Positions 39,107 to 51,769 of a stretch of DNA of 64,000 nucleotides are shown here, piece after piece. Below the pieces are notes generated by a model. The model worked only from the letters and a program-made list of their open reading frames with translations, searched no databases and was not told the DNA's origin. The translations under genes were made by a program, and so were the position numbers. This DNA is from Ramazzottius varieornatus. Lineage: Eukaryota; Animalia; Tardigrada. Numbering within the stretch: the first letter of the stretch is position 1; every line of letters starts with the position of its first letter. The stretch spans positions 2,515,439-2,579,438 of the forward strand of contig BDGG01000005.1 in the NCBI GenBank assembly GCA_001949185.1, in the 5' to 3' direction.

Positions 39107-42100
39107 ATGGACTATCCAAGCAGTGGTCACGACACCGCTGATTCTCTAATGGACGATGACTGGTCCGACCTTGTAGAGATGCGAAGGAAAATCAACAATG
39201 GATGGAGCAAGCTGGCCGAGGAAACTATCTACACTGGTTTGTCTTCTAGCGGATAGTACTTACAGAGCTCTGACTGTAATGTTGATTTTGCTTCTCCCTC
39301 AGAAACAAAATTTCTGGAGTTCGTCCAGCACATCGAAAGTGACGTTCGTGTTCGATGGAACGAAAGTGAGGAAGAGATCAAACGGCGACAGAAACGCGAA
39401 CGGGAGTTGGAAAGCACGAACGAGAGATCGGAAGGGCTGATTCTGAACATCAGGTATGAATATTTGAGGTAAGTACGACAGGTAGAACAACTGAGAATTT
39501 TTTTTGGATTTTTTTCCAGACAGCAGCTCCAAAGTGAACAAGCGCAACGTGACTCTGCAGAAAGCCGTGTGGGGGAGTTGGAGAATGTTCTCAATGTATT
39601 CCGCGATATTCTGGCAGGTGATAAGACCATCACGGACGAAGATCGACAGAGGTTGTATGAAACAACCAATGCTATCCGTCGGAATCAACAACAGACGCCT
39701 TCGAATCAGTTCCGGTACGGTGTTCCTCTACCCATCTTGCTTTCCTCCAGTCGGTTACTGATATTTCTCACTTTGTATGCGTTCGCTTTACAGAACAGCA
39801 ATTCGAAAGTCAGAAGACATCGATAAAGACCGTCATGAACGGATTTCTTTCGATCGAAGCGATGACGATTTGGACGAAGAGGATGGCGATGAAGAGATGG
39901 AAAATGTGGCGCACCAGAACGTTAACGTCTCGACTCGACGTGTGGTCACTAGAACCGAAGATGGCGAGATTTCTAAGCTCATTCGTGTTGCTGTGAGTCT
40001 CTTCGCTGCTTTCTCGCTTGGTTTGTTGTGGCACCATGTGTGGAGTTTTTCTTCAGGAACGAGGCGATGGGGATATCGAGATCGTAGCCAAGACGCACGT
40101 TCGCATTCCAGAGTCTGGCCCCGTTGAGGCTCGATCATCTCTGTCCACCCGTCCACGCAAGTCCGTCAACTTCACCAATCCGATTTCTAGTACGTTGGAT
40201 ACTCGACGAAGCCGGAGTGTCCCACGTTTCCAGGAAAGCAACTTCGACAATCCCATCCACCGTAAGTCAGAGCAATCCCACTCTATTGTAGATCAAAGAT
40301 TGTGACTGACTGACGTCACGAAAATCGCGGGAAATTGATGAGCTGCCATGTTAGACTCGTGACATCGTAGGTTGAGTTTCAGGTTGTATAGCCGTGTAAT
40401 CACTATAATTGTTACACTATGGCGTGCCATGAATCGGTACCTTGCCATGTGGCTTGCCTCGCCGTGAGCAGGGTGGCGGTTCGAACCTCGCGTGAGACGA
40501 GTTTTTTGTGAAATACGATTTCTTTTCTTCCCTACTTCACTTTTGTTGAACTTGTTCTGTTCTAGGTCGCGATGAAGCAGACAACATGTCTTCGGATGTG
40601 GCCAGTGTGTCCAGCGAGGTCTCCGAATCTATGGATTCGGACACTCGTCTGCAGGTAACGGGCGTTTCATCCGCTCGTCGTCGATCCAAGAGCATGAGCA
40701 AGGCCCTGGACGCCCGTCCGCACTCCTTCATGTCCAAGATGATCGTCATCCCAGAACCCTGCACGTACTGCAAGCACAAGATCACCTTCAGTAAACAGGC
40801 CATGAAGTGTACCAACTGTCACGCAGTCTGCTGTCATCGGCAGTGCGCGGGCTTCTTGCCGGTACCGTGTGTGCCGGCGCGAGACGACACCAGCAGCGCC
40901 AACTCCACCGGTCGTTGGGTAAGAAATTCTTTCGAAGTAAAGTAATTCCCAAAAACTTGGAGCCCGGCAGACATAGCACTCGCCAAATTAGTTCACCCAA
41001 GTGGCGCACAAAGCTTTCCATAGCGTAGCGCACGTCGTCAGTGTTATTATCTGGTGCAGTGCCTCGCTTGAGAAAACGATCATGTCGAGTGCTACGTTTG
41101 CCAGGCTCCAGGTTTCGGCTCCAGGTTTTAGGGAGTCATTTTATCTCAAAGAAACTTTCTTACTCAGACATGTTTTGCTTGCTTTTCAGATTGAGCTGGA
41201 GAAGTTCTCGCCGTCACAGAAGCCGCGGGTTCCTGCAGTCATTACTCAGTGTATCCGCATGATTGAGGCCCGTGGCTTCAACCCCAGCGATGGCGAAGGT
41301 TTGTATCGGGTACCCGGAAGTGACAAGATGGTGAAGGAACTGAAGAGGGAAATGTACAAGTCACCGTCCAGAACTCTTAAACCAGAAACTTTGGTAAGAA
41401 GAGAAGAATGCTTGAGCTCGAATCGTAAAATTATTTTTCTGTTGATGGTCTTGCATTTTTTTGCAGCATGCCGTTGGAGATGTGCACGTGCTTTGTACGT
41501 TCCTCAAGAACATCTTACTGAGTTTGAAGGAACCGCTGATCACATACGCCTTATGGCCACAGTTTTCCAGCGCGGCAGGTACGAACAAATTACTTTTCAT
41601 TCTTCTGACATCAGTCAGGGTGATGTAGCATGAATGATCTTCCAGAGCAATCTGGAAGCCAAGAGATCTACAATCTGATTAAGCAACTACCAGAGCCGAA
41701 TCGTCACACTTTGGCCGTTCTGATGCTCCACTTGCGCCGGTAAGGAAAACGAACACTTAATTTTTGCAGGAACTGTTCTCAGTAAGAGCGGTAGAAAACT
41801 AAGGGAATGAGACAGCATAAACGTTTAGGAATACGTGGAGTATTGCATTGCGAACGTTTCAAGTATTTGAAATATTTGAATATTTGAATATTTGAAGTAT
41901 ATTCAAATATTTGAAGTTGCGAAACGTGCATCGTAAGTGAAGTGGCGCATGCTCCCAGCCGATGAAACTGAAAGCGCGCCAGTCGGACAAACTCGACGGG
42001 ATTGTGTTTGCAAGTGGCGCACGTTCCCAGCCAACAACAATGATACTGCGCGCCACTTGAGGGAATGACCTGAACGCTTTGTTTCCCGACGCTTTAACAG

Positions 42101-42990
42101 CTCCCTCCTCTGTTTGCATCCTGGAAACTTACTTTGAGTTGTATTGCAGAGTGGTGGATCATCCCGAGTTGAGAATGACGGCTGAGAATCTCCAAAAGTG
42201 CATGGCGCCCTCTATCGTGGGCAACTCCCGCTCTCCAGAGACCATGCAAGGCAGAGAGCTCTACGCCGAGAACATCCGTCAGCAGATGATTCTTGCCAAG
42301 CTCTTCAGTGTCAGCCGCATCTACTGGACCAGCTGTCTGGACAACAAGGAAGACCAGGCCCCAAGAACCTCCGGTGACCACAACGAAGTGGACCACGCTG
42401 TTACCACAACTTCCTCTTCGACAACCTTCTCCAGAACCCAACAGTTCTACGAACGTGAGTCGTCTGGCCGATTCTGAAGCACGTTTCTTTAGTTTCCCCA
42501 GAGGAAAGCAAGCAGTTATAAATGGGACGGGGTCAAAACAAACTCGATTTCCGAGTTGCGCAGGCCGTCAGATAATACTACTGGAAATGCGCGCCACTTG
42601 GAAAAACAGTCTTATCGAATTTGTTTGCCGAGCTCCCAACTTATGGGAACGAACAGTCAGTTTCGGTTTTGTCTTTAAAGCACTGGAAGACTCGATGGTG
42701 ATGGAAGGTGGCGCCAGACTGCGAGCACAAAACTCCTTCACGCGCTTTTTCAGCCCTCTCAGCTCCGCTTCAAAGTAAGAAAAATTCACGAAGAAAACTA
42801 CGATTCAAGTGATAGAAAAATTAGTGTTCCGGTGAAAGAATTTCGGAAAAACACATCTCTTAGGAGCCCAAATTGCGAAAAGCATAGCTTGGCTGAATAA
42901 TCGGATTTTTCTTTGGTTTTCAGGTCCAAAGTTAACGCTAACACCATTCGGCCTCCACCGAAGTTTCAGTCTCCTGCAATGTCGGATTGA
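39107..42990 (+). CDS. RACGAP1: Rac GTPase-activating protein 1 (MgcRacGAP/CYK-4/tumbleweed)
   Basis: Multi-exon. N-terminal coiled coil; C1 domain HSFMSKMIVIPEPCTYCKHKITF..AMKCTNCHAVCCHRQC..LPVPC; RhoGAP VPAVITQCIRMIEARG..EGLYRVPG, LKEPLIT, QLPEPNRHTLAVLMLHLRR, RMTAENL; C-terminal FQSP. Confidence 0.9.
41867..41915. repeat. Short (TATTTGAA)n-like tandem repeat in a RACGAP1 intron
   Basis: gtatttgaaatatttgaatatttgaatatttgaagtatattcaaatatttgaag. Confidence 0.6.
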
Positions 42991-44859
42991 ATCTTTCGCA
43001 TCTTTTCTTCAATGTAAGGGCCCCACTTTCAAATGCTCTGGAATTTATTCAAGTGTGACAAACCTTTTCTGGTGCACTGCACCGCAGTGAAAGCTGAAAG
43101 ACTCAGAACGGCACAGAGAATGCCTTTAATGTCAAAGCCAAGGCTAAGTAGTTGTGCAAGGCCTTGAAAGAGAGTTCCGAGTCGTTTTTGTTGCTGACTC
43201 AGATAGCATTTGCGAAATGCTGCATGACCACCTGCCGAGCTGTGTGTATATATATACCTTCCGGCTATCGAAAGAAACAACTTTTTTGTGCCTTGCAGAC
43301 TTTCATTCGGCAGCCCAAGCCCTCACTTCAGTGACTTCAGCGCTTCTCTGTAAAGAACCACGTTATCTTCGGGAAAAACTCTACACACTTGTTTATTGTC
43401 CTGATTATACTTTTGTTTGCTGCTCGTAGACATGTGGGTTATACTTTTTCTTGCGCCTTCCTGAAGTTTGAATCTCAGTGGGGAAAGTTTGAGCAGGTGT
43501 CAGCAGTATGTGTGTCTATTTTTACGTCCTTCAGAATAATTTTTCCACCGACGATTGCATTTCCCCTCCTGCCTATATGACGTGCATTTTACTATTGTAA
43601 ATTATTCTTGCCGACGACGTGCGTTGAGCAGCTTCTGAATTTGCGTAAAACGCTTCACTTGACACCGACACTTTCCGGAACTTTTTCAGTATCGGGTTCC
43701 GCGGTATTCGAAGCTTTTGTACTTTAGCGGAAAAGAATAAGTTTGGCCACTCTAAGTGGATTGCGGAAGTTACGGCTATTTGGCAAAGGCCGGAAAGCCA
43801 TCCCAGCGATTTCCGTTGGATGTCAATGTTGTCATGGATAATACCGTCCATTTCCTCTCCCTATCCTTTGTACTCGCACTGGACTTTCTAACAGGTGAGT
43901 GGGAAGAACTTTTCTTTTCAGAAATCTCATCAATCAATGTTCCCCGATCGACCAGCGCGTTTTTCGCAAAGTTATCGGACAACGTCTTAAGGTTGTTTTC
44001 TCTGGCTATAAAAACAACGAATCTTACCGTTGTTGGTGTTTTGTTTTGAGCGCACACTGATTTTTTTGGCCATAAATGGAAGGTGAACGAGCCTACCGTA
44101 ATAAAAGGTGGCAAATTTTTAGCGTAAGTCGCCCTCGTGACTGTGTCATAGGCATTTCGTTTAATACAGGCAAATTCTTCGAATTCCACGAAAGGTATTT
44201 TTTGGCTGTACCGCATTTACTTTTGTTTGTCAAGAAACTTCCTGGCATTTTCTTGACTGCAAAAACGGTCAATCAGACTATGCGGAAGCTCGGCAAGCAA
44301 GATCGACAAGATTGCTTCCCCAAGTTGCGCACTTTTTCAGCTTTTTCTGGTTGAAGCTGCGCGCCGCTTGAAAAACCGGTCTTGTCGAGTTCGAATGTTT
44401 TCCTAAGTGGCGCACGTTTGCCTTGTTATTGGACCATACCGTGCGCGATCTGAAAAAATGAGTGTTTGTCCAGGCCGCAGTTACGAAAGGTTTTTTTCAA
44501 CTTTCTTAGTCTGTTACTGGACAGTTCCTTGTCTAGCGTCGGTTCTCCGACGAAAGAATTAATATTCTGACGTCAGCGAGGTGTTTCGTTTCGTATTCAC
44601 CAACTAAACAAATTTATTCATGGTTCTTCCGCGTTAATTGGCTCGCATTGATGCAAAGCAACGTCGGTTTTATTTATGGCACATAGAGCAGTGCACGACA
44701 CGGATTGGCCTGTTAAGGTCTGGTTAGAGCCAGCGAAGCAAGGCTTTGTTTGTATTGCAACAGATTGTGGTTAGACAAGTTCTGGTGAAGAACTCTTTCT
44801 TGAAGGTGAAAAGTGCTTTGCCAGCCATAATTAACCTGGCCTATTTTGTCTGCTTGCAG

Positions 44860-46621
44860 TATGTTCACAGTCAACGTTAGTCCAAACGTCGGAAACTTCC
44901 GGGGAGGCCCTCGTACCTTCGACCTTCGCCAGACAGTGCTCAGACTTCCAAGGACGTCCCATCGATGCCGGCAGCCGTTTCATCCCCAGCAAACTCCGAC
45001 CATGCGTGGAGGTAAAACTCAGTCACAACAGAAATCCACCAAAAATTCAGTTCTCGAAGACTGGAAATAATTTGGTTTAATTCGGTTTTCCCACTCGGTC
45101 ATGGCAGAGTCAGGCAGCATCGCCGCAAGGATCAGGTTCTCTGGTCGGTCGCTATCTCAGTTGGCGCACGTGTTCAGTGCAATCGGCAATCAGCGTGCGC
45201 CACTGGGAACTTGGAAAAAATATTTTCACAAGTGGCGCAAGCTCACAGCCTATAACGCTATACATGTGCGCCACTTGGGAAAATGACCTGTGTGAAAATA
45301 CTTGCCGACGGCCCACCTAGTTCTCAGTTTTCACGTTTTCAACCCGTATACCTTGCTCGGGTGGAATTCCCTCGCGCGGAAACCTGTTTTTGTTATGTTG
45401 GAGGTATGTGGTTTGTTTTTCCAGTGTATATGCGTGGACGGTTCACCTGTGCTATGCGGTACACCTCAGTGCATGGGAAAAGTGAACTGCAACCATGCCA
45501 AATGGAACGGGACGCTGTGCTGTAGAAGTGAATGTATGGAAAAGAGCCCAGTAAGCCGTTTCGCGGAGCTGACCAGCCGAAACACCAATGCCGGTAACGG
45601 CGACTACCAGCAGCTACCATACTGGTCCATCAGTCGCTCGGATAGTCAGCCGGTCTTTGGCCTTGATAACTATCCCGGTCCGGCGTTCCGAACACCACAG
45701 CGCGGCGCTACTCGCGATGACGCCTTCAGCGGACCTTTCTTTTACGAGGCGCCAGACCGTGACAACATGACGGCCGCCGTTCCGACACGACCTGCCAACT
45801 TGCCCAATCCGTACTACCCCATTCTGATTGGACTCATCAGCTGTGCACCGGTGGCGCTGTGCATCATTTGTGTGAATACCATCCGGAAGTACTTCGCGCT
45901 GAGGAACCAGTTTCCAGGCAGTACTGTCCTATCCAGAAGACGCCGAAGTAAGTCAGCGCATACTTGGGTAGATAACTACAGACTTTTGTGATCGGGATGT
46001 GCGATTTATCGCGTAAAACCGTCGAGTAACATGTAGAAAATGGCCGCAACGTCCTCTCGGGCTTGGTTGGGCGAAAATGTTAATGACGTGAGTGAACGCA
46101 GAAGAGCGACCACGTACATGTCTTGTGCTGCCAGAATGACCGATGTTGCGAGAAGTCTGTTGTTTCGATGCGGCATGTACCATAGTTTCCAGATTGAAAA
46201 TCCAATTGTCAGATACAACATGAATTTTTTTTCTTATACAGCACACGCTCAGAACGGATCACAAGTGGTCACGTCACCTTCGGTATTCACCGAGCCGCCA
46301 CCGGCGTACACCGACCTGGAGTGTCCCAAATTCAAATATTCGGAAGACCTTCCGAAGTACGAAGACATCGTTCAGCACGAGCACAGCCGTGACCAAAAGA
46401 TATTTGCCACCACTTCGAGTGCCCAGTTCGCTCTTCCTGGAAGGAGCAACTTAGCTTTTCATATCGAAGACGAGACGGAACCTTCGAGTTCTTCCTCTGT
46501 CATACCTCTACCTTCCAGTATAACATCTCAAGATGTGGCAGCTACGCCCAGCACTTCTAAAGCAGTGGTTTCGAGTAGTCCTGATGGATCTGTTGTTTCT
46601 GCTCATTCTTCCTCATCGTGA
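44860..46621 (+). CDS. Single-pass membrane protein with a VWC-like Cys domain and cytoplasmic PY motifs (DGCR2/IDD-like); 5' exon unresolved
   Basis: Exons 44860-45011, 45425-45947, 46242-46621 give C.D..G..I..G..F.P..PCVE|CICVDGSPVLC...C....C.......CC...C, TM ILIGLISCAPVALCIICV, and PPPAY and LPKY motifs. Confidence 0.65.
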
Positions 46622-46986
46622 TGACTGTGATCCTCATGAAACTTTCAAGAGCTTCTATGTGTTCTCCTCTTTCAGTATAGTCGTACAACCTCAGTAAGAA
46701 AAAACGACGATAGATTTCTCATCGGTCTTTCAAAAGAAAAGCAGCGAAGTCTCGTCCCATGCCATCAAAGAGCGATTTGTTGTGCTGCCGGTAGTGTTAT
46801 TCAAATAGCGATACTGTACTGCTTCCAGGTACTCATTGTCTTAACACAAATGGGCGTTCACCCGTTGAGCCAAAAGAAAACCTTCTGTTTTCATGTCGCG
46901 GCACAGCCAGGTTAGAAGTTTCCCAGAAAGTAGATGTTATTTTACCGACTCATGCAATCTACCTCCCAGACTAGACCTTAGCCGAC

Positions 46987-49560
46987 TCTGACCCTATCCT
47001 CTTGGCGTAGTGCACAGTAGGGAACGTCCTCAACTTGATCGTCCTCTTTCACGAAAAACCCAAAGGAAGCACCAAGGTCTGCATGACCTAGGTCGCAACT
47101 GCCGACCTTGTTTGTACTGTAAGGTGAAAGGTTTACTGTGTATTTGACGAACAATAACGCGATTTAAACAGTCTCGTTGCTGTCGCAGCAGACAACTTCG
47201 TCTCATATGGTCCACTTGCCACTGAATTTGATCACCATCAGCCCGATCCATCGTAGCACACCAAGCTTCAAGGAACCTTACAGGCGGTTTTTCAGCATGC
47301 AAATATGGTGGCAGGAGACTTTTTTCACATTGGTTTGTGCTCGGTAAGACATGACGAAAGAACCATAAGGGCCTTCAAAGACAGACCTGGGTCTGGTGGT
47401 GTAATTATCCTGTCTGCTCTGGTGGATACACCCATAAATCAAACAGACCAACCACGGAGCCCTCTAATCTCCTGACTTTGAACGCCCCGTTTTGCCACCG
47501 CACGGCGAGCAGATGTCCTCTAAGGTTTCGCGCAGTCACGTGACAGATCAGTGAATTACATCCGGGGCCTCATATTCTTTGATATTATGTATATGTGTCT
47601 GCCCCTCTTTTCATGTTCTTCGACACCATGCCGGAAACAAAACCCCTACCTCTCTTAAGAATCTGGATCGCAGGATGGAGTTGTCTCGTGTCGGTTTCAG
47701 TTTATTCGGCAAGTGGACGAACCCTGAAGTGTTTATTTAGGCGTGAACTAAAACATAAGACGAAAAGCCTTTTTGAATAAGTAGATAACGTCTTTTATAA
47801 GACACAGAAGCCTCGTTGAAATTGACTGGCAAATAACCCGAACTGGTTTTGATAAAAACAGATCTGACATCTTCAGCCGCGTCACAATCATCTTCTTCCC
47901 GACGGCGGTGCTAAACTTGGCATCGATGTCCGTCCATTCGCTATTATCAGTGTCAATGATTAGAAGTAATGGACGTTTCCGAAAGGAACATGTCCATCCA
48001 CAATCCACGTTAACTGGAAACAAGACACATTATTCTAGACAGGTGAAAGGGAAAGTGGTAAAACTTGGATTTTGAACGACGTAAGTCTAGAAGTAATGGA
48101 AAAATATAACTTTCATGACTTGACATTACCTACCAAAAAATCAAAAATCAACAACGAAAAACCCTCTTTCAGTAGACAAGTTGATTGTCTGACGACACTG
48201 ACCAGGCTTTTTCCATAGGAAAGCCTGGTCAGTGCCGCTTGGTTAGCTTGCTTACCATGGTATTCAGCGATCCGTTGCAGCACTGTCATCTTGGTATCTT
48301 GGGCACCTCTGAATTTGCTGGTTCAGACCGAATAGGCAGTGAAGTAGAGATCACTATTCGGGTATCAGAAAGGAAAGATAAGACATAAGTAAAGAAGGGC
48401 GGATTTAGCAAGGGACGAGGTTCACCGAGATGACTCTGGCAAAGCGAAATAGAAACCGAAAATTTCGTCAGCTGGTGGGATTACGAGTCGGTCCCGAGTA
48501 GGTCGTAATTACACCGAAAAAACGGTGAAATTTCGTTTTCGGTGGAACGAATAGCCCAATCGTGTCGTGAGGGTGGAGCCAATAACACCAGCGCTGTAAT
48601 CCCACCAGCGGTGTAATAGTCTTTGAAGGCCCTTAACGAGCTATAAAATATAATACTTTCCGAAATTTTGTGACATGCCGTGCGCTCGTCAAAGCCTGGG
48701 CGAAAACTGCACTGGAGCAATGCCCGCGTCCCTTCATCGTAGGGCGATATTCAGCCTCGAGGTGGTATCAGTTTTGAAGGAGCGAGTCGTGCGTGGTGTC
48801 GAAAATATCAAATTGGCAGTTCTCGCGCCTGTTGATGGCTCGGACATGCGATATAATATGCATCTTGGTAAGGTATCGTAAAACATATAGACGTCCATTA
48901 ACTCGCTGGTGTCCTTTGCAGGACGCTGGTCATGTTCTCGCTGACTCGGCTGCTTGTCATCCTTCGTCCTTTCAGCTGGCAATGGATACAGACAGCAAAG
49001 ACCTCGCGGACCCCCCTCGTGGTGCTTCTCCTTTTGTCCCTGCTGTACACAGTCTTCATTGCCGTCCAAGATTACTAACTTCTGCAACACAACCTCACCT
49101 CCGTAGCTGAAGGACCGCAATAGCTCATAACATGGTCAGAAATCCAACACCAGGCAGACGAGATGTCAAGAAGGAATTTCTGTGTAGTTTTTGTTTGTTA
49201 CTTTCGTATGGCTGCTTCCTTAAGTTTTGAGTGTAGATTATTGTCTTCAAATAAAGATATACTTATTTGGCAGACGTGGAGTTCTTCCTTTCTGCCACAA
49301 CGAGGCGCAACGATTCCTGATGATGAATCCATGCTTGTAGGTGGCAATGGCCATCCCCAGCTTCTTCACTCTGGTGGCCATCAATAACATTCTCATATGG
49401 GCAACTGGCCGACAAAAAAAATCCGTCGTGGGGAAGATGCGCGCGACTCAAGCGAACTCCGAAGCTAAGTATCGGAGTAGCGATCTCATCCTACTCGGCA
49501 TTGGCATACTGTACCTCACGACCCAGCTCCCGTTTTTGGTCATCAACCATCTGTACAGGT
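46987..49560 (+). pseudogene. Decayed duplicate of the GPCR at 55197-57024
   Basis: Nucleotide similarity to all four exons (e.g. cctcaacttgatcgtcctctttcacga..cccaaaggaagcacca; atatggtggcaggagacttt; tggcaatggatacagac; aagatgcgcgc..aactcc..aagta). In-frame TAG replaces TTA near 47008; indels; 3' truncation; MITE in intron 2. Confidence 0.85.
47368..48633. mobile_element. Non-autonomous TIR element (MITE family C, longer copy, opposite orientation)
   Basis: TIR AGGGCCTTCAAAGAC / GTCTTTGAAGGCCCT flanked by TA; 48575-48617 is the reverse complement of the start of copy 1 (~29124-29170). Confidence 0.75.
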
Positions 49561-51769
49561 TGATTCTAATTCATTTGATCGTTTCTGAAACCTTACGGAA
49601 AAGTCAGCAGCTATTTCCTTGCTTCCAGATTTGATGCCCAAGTAGCTTCAGCCCTGTTTTGGCAAGCCTCCCAAATAACATTGGGGATCAGTCCTGGTTT
49701 GCTGCAGAGTATTTTGGCTTCACTGCGGGTTCAGTTCGGGTTCACGTACGTGAGATGTATGTCCATGGGAGATGAATACCACATAAATGAACCTTGCATG
49801 GACCCGTTATGCGATATTCAGGGTGTTTCCGCTAAGTAACTTCCACCAGGAACTTCAGCCTAGAAAGATTTCAGATTGTTTGTTTCCGTCTAGCTTTCTC
49901 AGGCATTTCGTAGAACCTTCACGTTGCTTCCGCTGGGACGCCGCATAAATACATCGATGAAATAGACTTTTCACCACGGACAAAACGGGATCTCTGGACC
50001 TCCGTGTACAAGTCCTCATCTCCGGTTTGCTGTTGTCGGACTTACAACTATTTGGAATCTTATTGAAACCTGAAAAATTTCATAGGAATGCCAAAAAAAC
50101 CTTACAAATGAATCAAAACCGCCGATTTTGCTGGTTCTGCTGGGAAACCACTCCTCATGTCAAAAATAGTAACTTACGCTGCAAGCAGCTACGTGCTTGC
50201 GCTTTCCCCAGTATCGGGTTGAGTCTGGACCTCCCATGGACATGATTTTCGGGCTGTAAGGTATCTCACGAAGAATTCGTTTCAGCGGGTTACAAGAACT
50301 AAAGTGGGATTTGACTGTAAATCCAGTGGGCAAGTACTACGGGCATACAAAAAAGAAAGACCAGTCAAGAAAAGACGCTGAACGACGAGCGAACGGAGTG
50401 GGAACGACTCCGTAAGCTGTATTTCCCAAGGTCGTTTCAAGATCCGGGTGCGCAGTCGTTCTCAGTCCGGTCCGCTTTTGATCGCGATGCGATCCGCTTT
50501 GCTTCCAATCCCGTTTGCCTCCAGTCCGTTTCTTTGCTTTAATTCTACATGGTTTGCTTCCGTCGAAATACGTTCGGACAAGTCCGCACAAGTTTCGGAC
50601 AGGCTGGTAGCCTGGCGGCCAGCCATCGAGTTTCGCTGGCGCTTTTTGACAGGCCTTATAGAGCCACACTCTTGTTGGAATGGGTCATTCGGTGCCTTCT
50701 CTTGCAGCCGTTTACTCGAGAACGAACCGCACATATGGCTCACGAAACCGGTTATCGGGAACGATGAAACGGCTCCTATAAACTGATGCTATTGAAATTG
50801 CCGAACAAACTCAACTGAGATTTTCAGAGAGATTTCAGTTTTGTCCGTTCGGCCACTGGCCGCCATGGTGCGTTCTGGAACGCGATGCGTCGTTCTTATG
50901 CTCCGCCCACCCAGAAACTGCGCAGTATCACCAGCGCAAGGAGGCTGCGCCTTTGCGCACTAGCTATTCTGGTGGCGCGTCGTTCTGTCTCGGGTGGCAG
51001 GTCGTTCGGGACGTGAACAGGATCGGTACAGGACCGTTCGGTTCATGGGTAATCCGCGTCAGATAGTTATTGTGGTCGGGCAACTGAAGTCAATGTTACC
51101 ACCCGCGGCCGCTTGGTGAAAAAATGCTTCCATTTGCGAAATACAGATCTTCTGAAGTTCCAAGCACCGCGGCTGTGTACAGTCTTGTCGCCAGTTCCGA
51201 TCAATACAGCCAGAGAACCTTGGGTTCTCGTAAGGGGCAACTTAAAATTGTCAACTTTAACTCTTTCCCGTATTCATTACGAAGTTCAGATGACGCTGGT
51301 TTCTGCTATTTGGCCGAACTCGGACAGGCCGACTTTCCACCCTCCTATAATCTTGAGCTTGTAGAGCTCATCGAGACACGTCTAAATTTCGAGTTGACAG
51401 GTACTGACATGGTAACGAACATTTGACCAATGTCCGCAAAGTAGCTCGTCACCGCTCCAGGTATGGAAGAAAAACTGGCTTGGCGGGCACTTTCGTGAAA
51501 TGGTGTATCAGTACAGTTTTCGGTGAGTCATAAGGGACAGATAGCTGCGTCTCGGAAACAACCGATTCGGCCTGTACTTCAAACCATGCATAGAAAACTG
51601 GTGTAAAAAACTCTGTTGTCCAGTTTTCTTTCCTGCATGGACATTTCCGCCAAAATTTTCCCATCCGTTCGTTTTTCGAATATCTCCAGCATACGATACT
51701 TTAAAATATGCTCTAGATAACTGCATAACCGGTTTGGAGAGTTTGACTAACACCCCTTCAGAAAAAGTC

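Larger units (their letters stand above)
6500..45277. repeat. Dispersed ~49-bp palindromic element family CAAGTGGCGC-N29-GCGCCACTTG (12 copies listed)
   Basis: 49-bp copies at 6500-6548, 25992-26040, 37028-37076, 37609-37657, 42011-42059, 42552-42600, 44404-44452, 45158-45206, 45229-45277; near-length copies at 9782-9829 (48), 35174-35221 (48), 44321-44370 (50). All are in introns or intergenic DNA. Confidence 0.8.

Noticed and set aside
40420-40510. tRNA/SINE-like sequence with B-box GGTTCGAACC followed by a T-run (similar hint at ~340-385)
   Set aside because: No convincing A-box or cloverleaf; at most a SINE remnant.
49700-51430. Short ORFs between the GPCR pseudogene and the Ulp1 relic
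   Set aside because: Could not assign a family or build a gene model.
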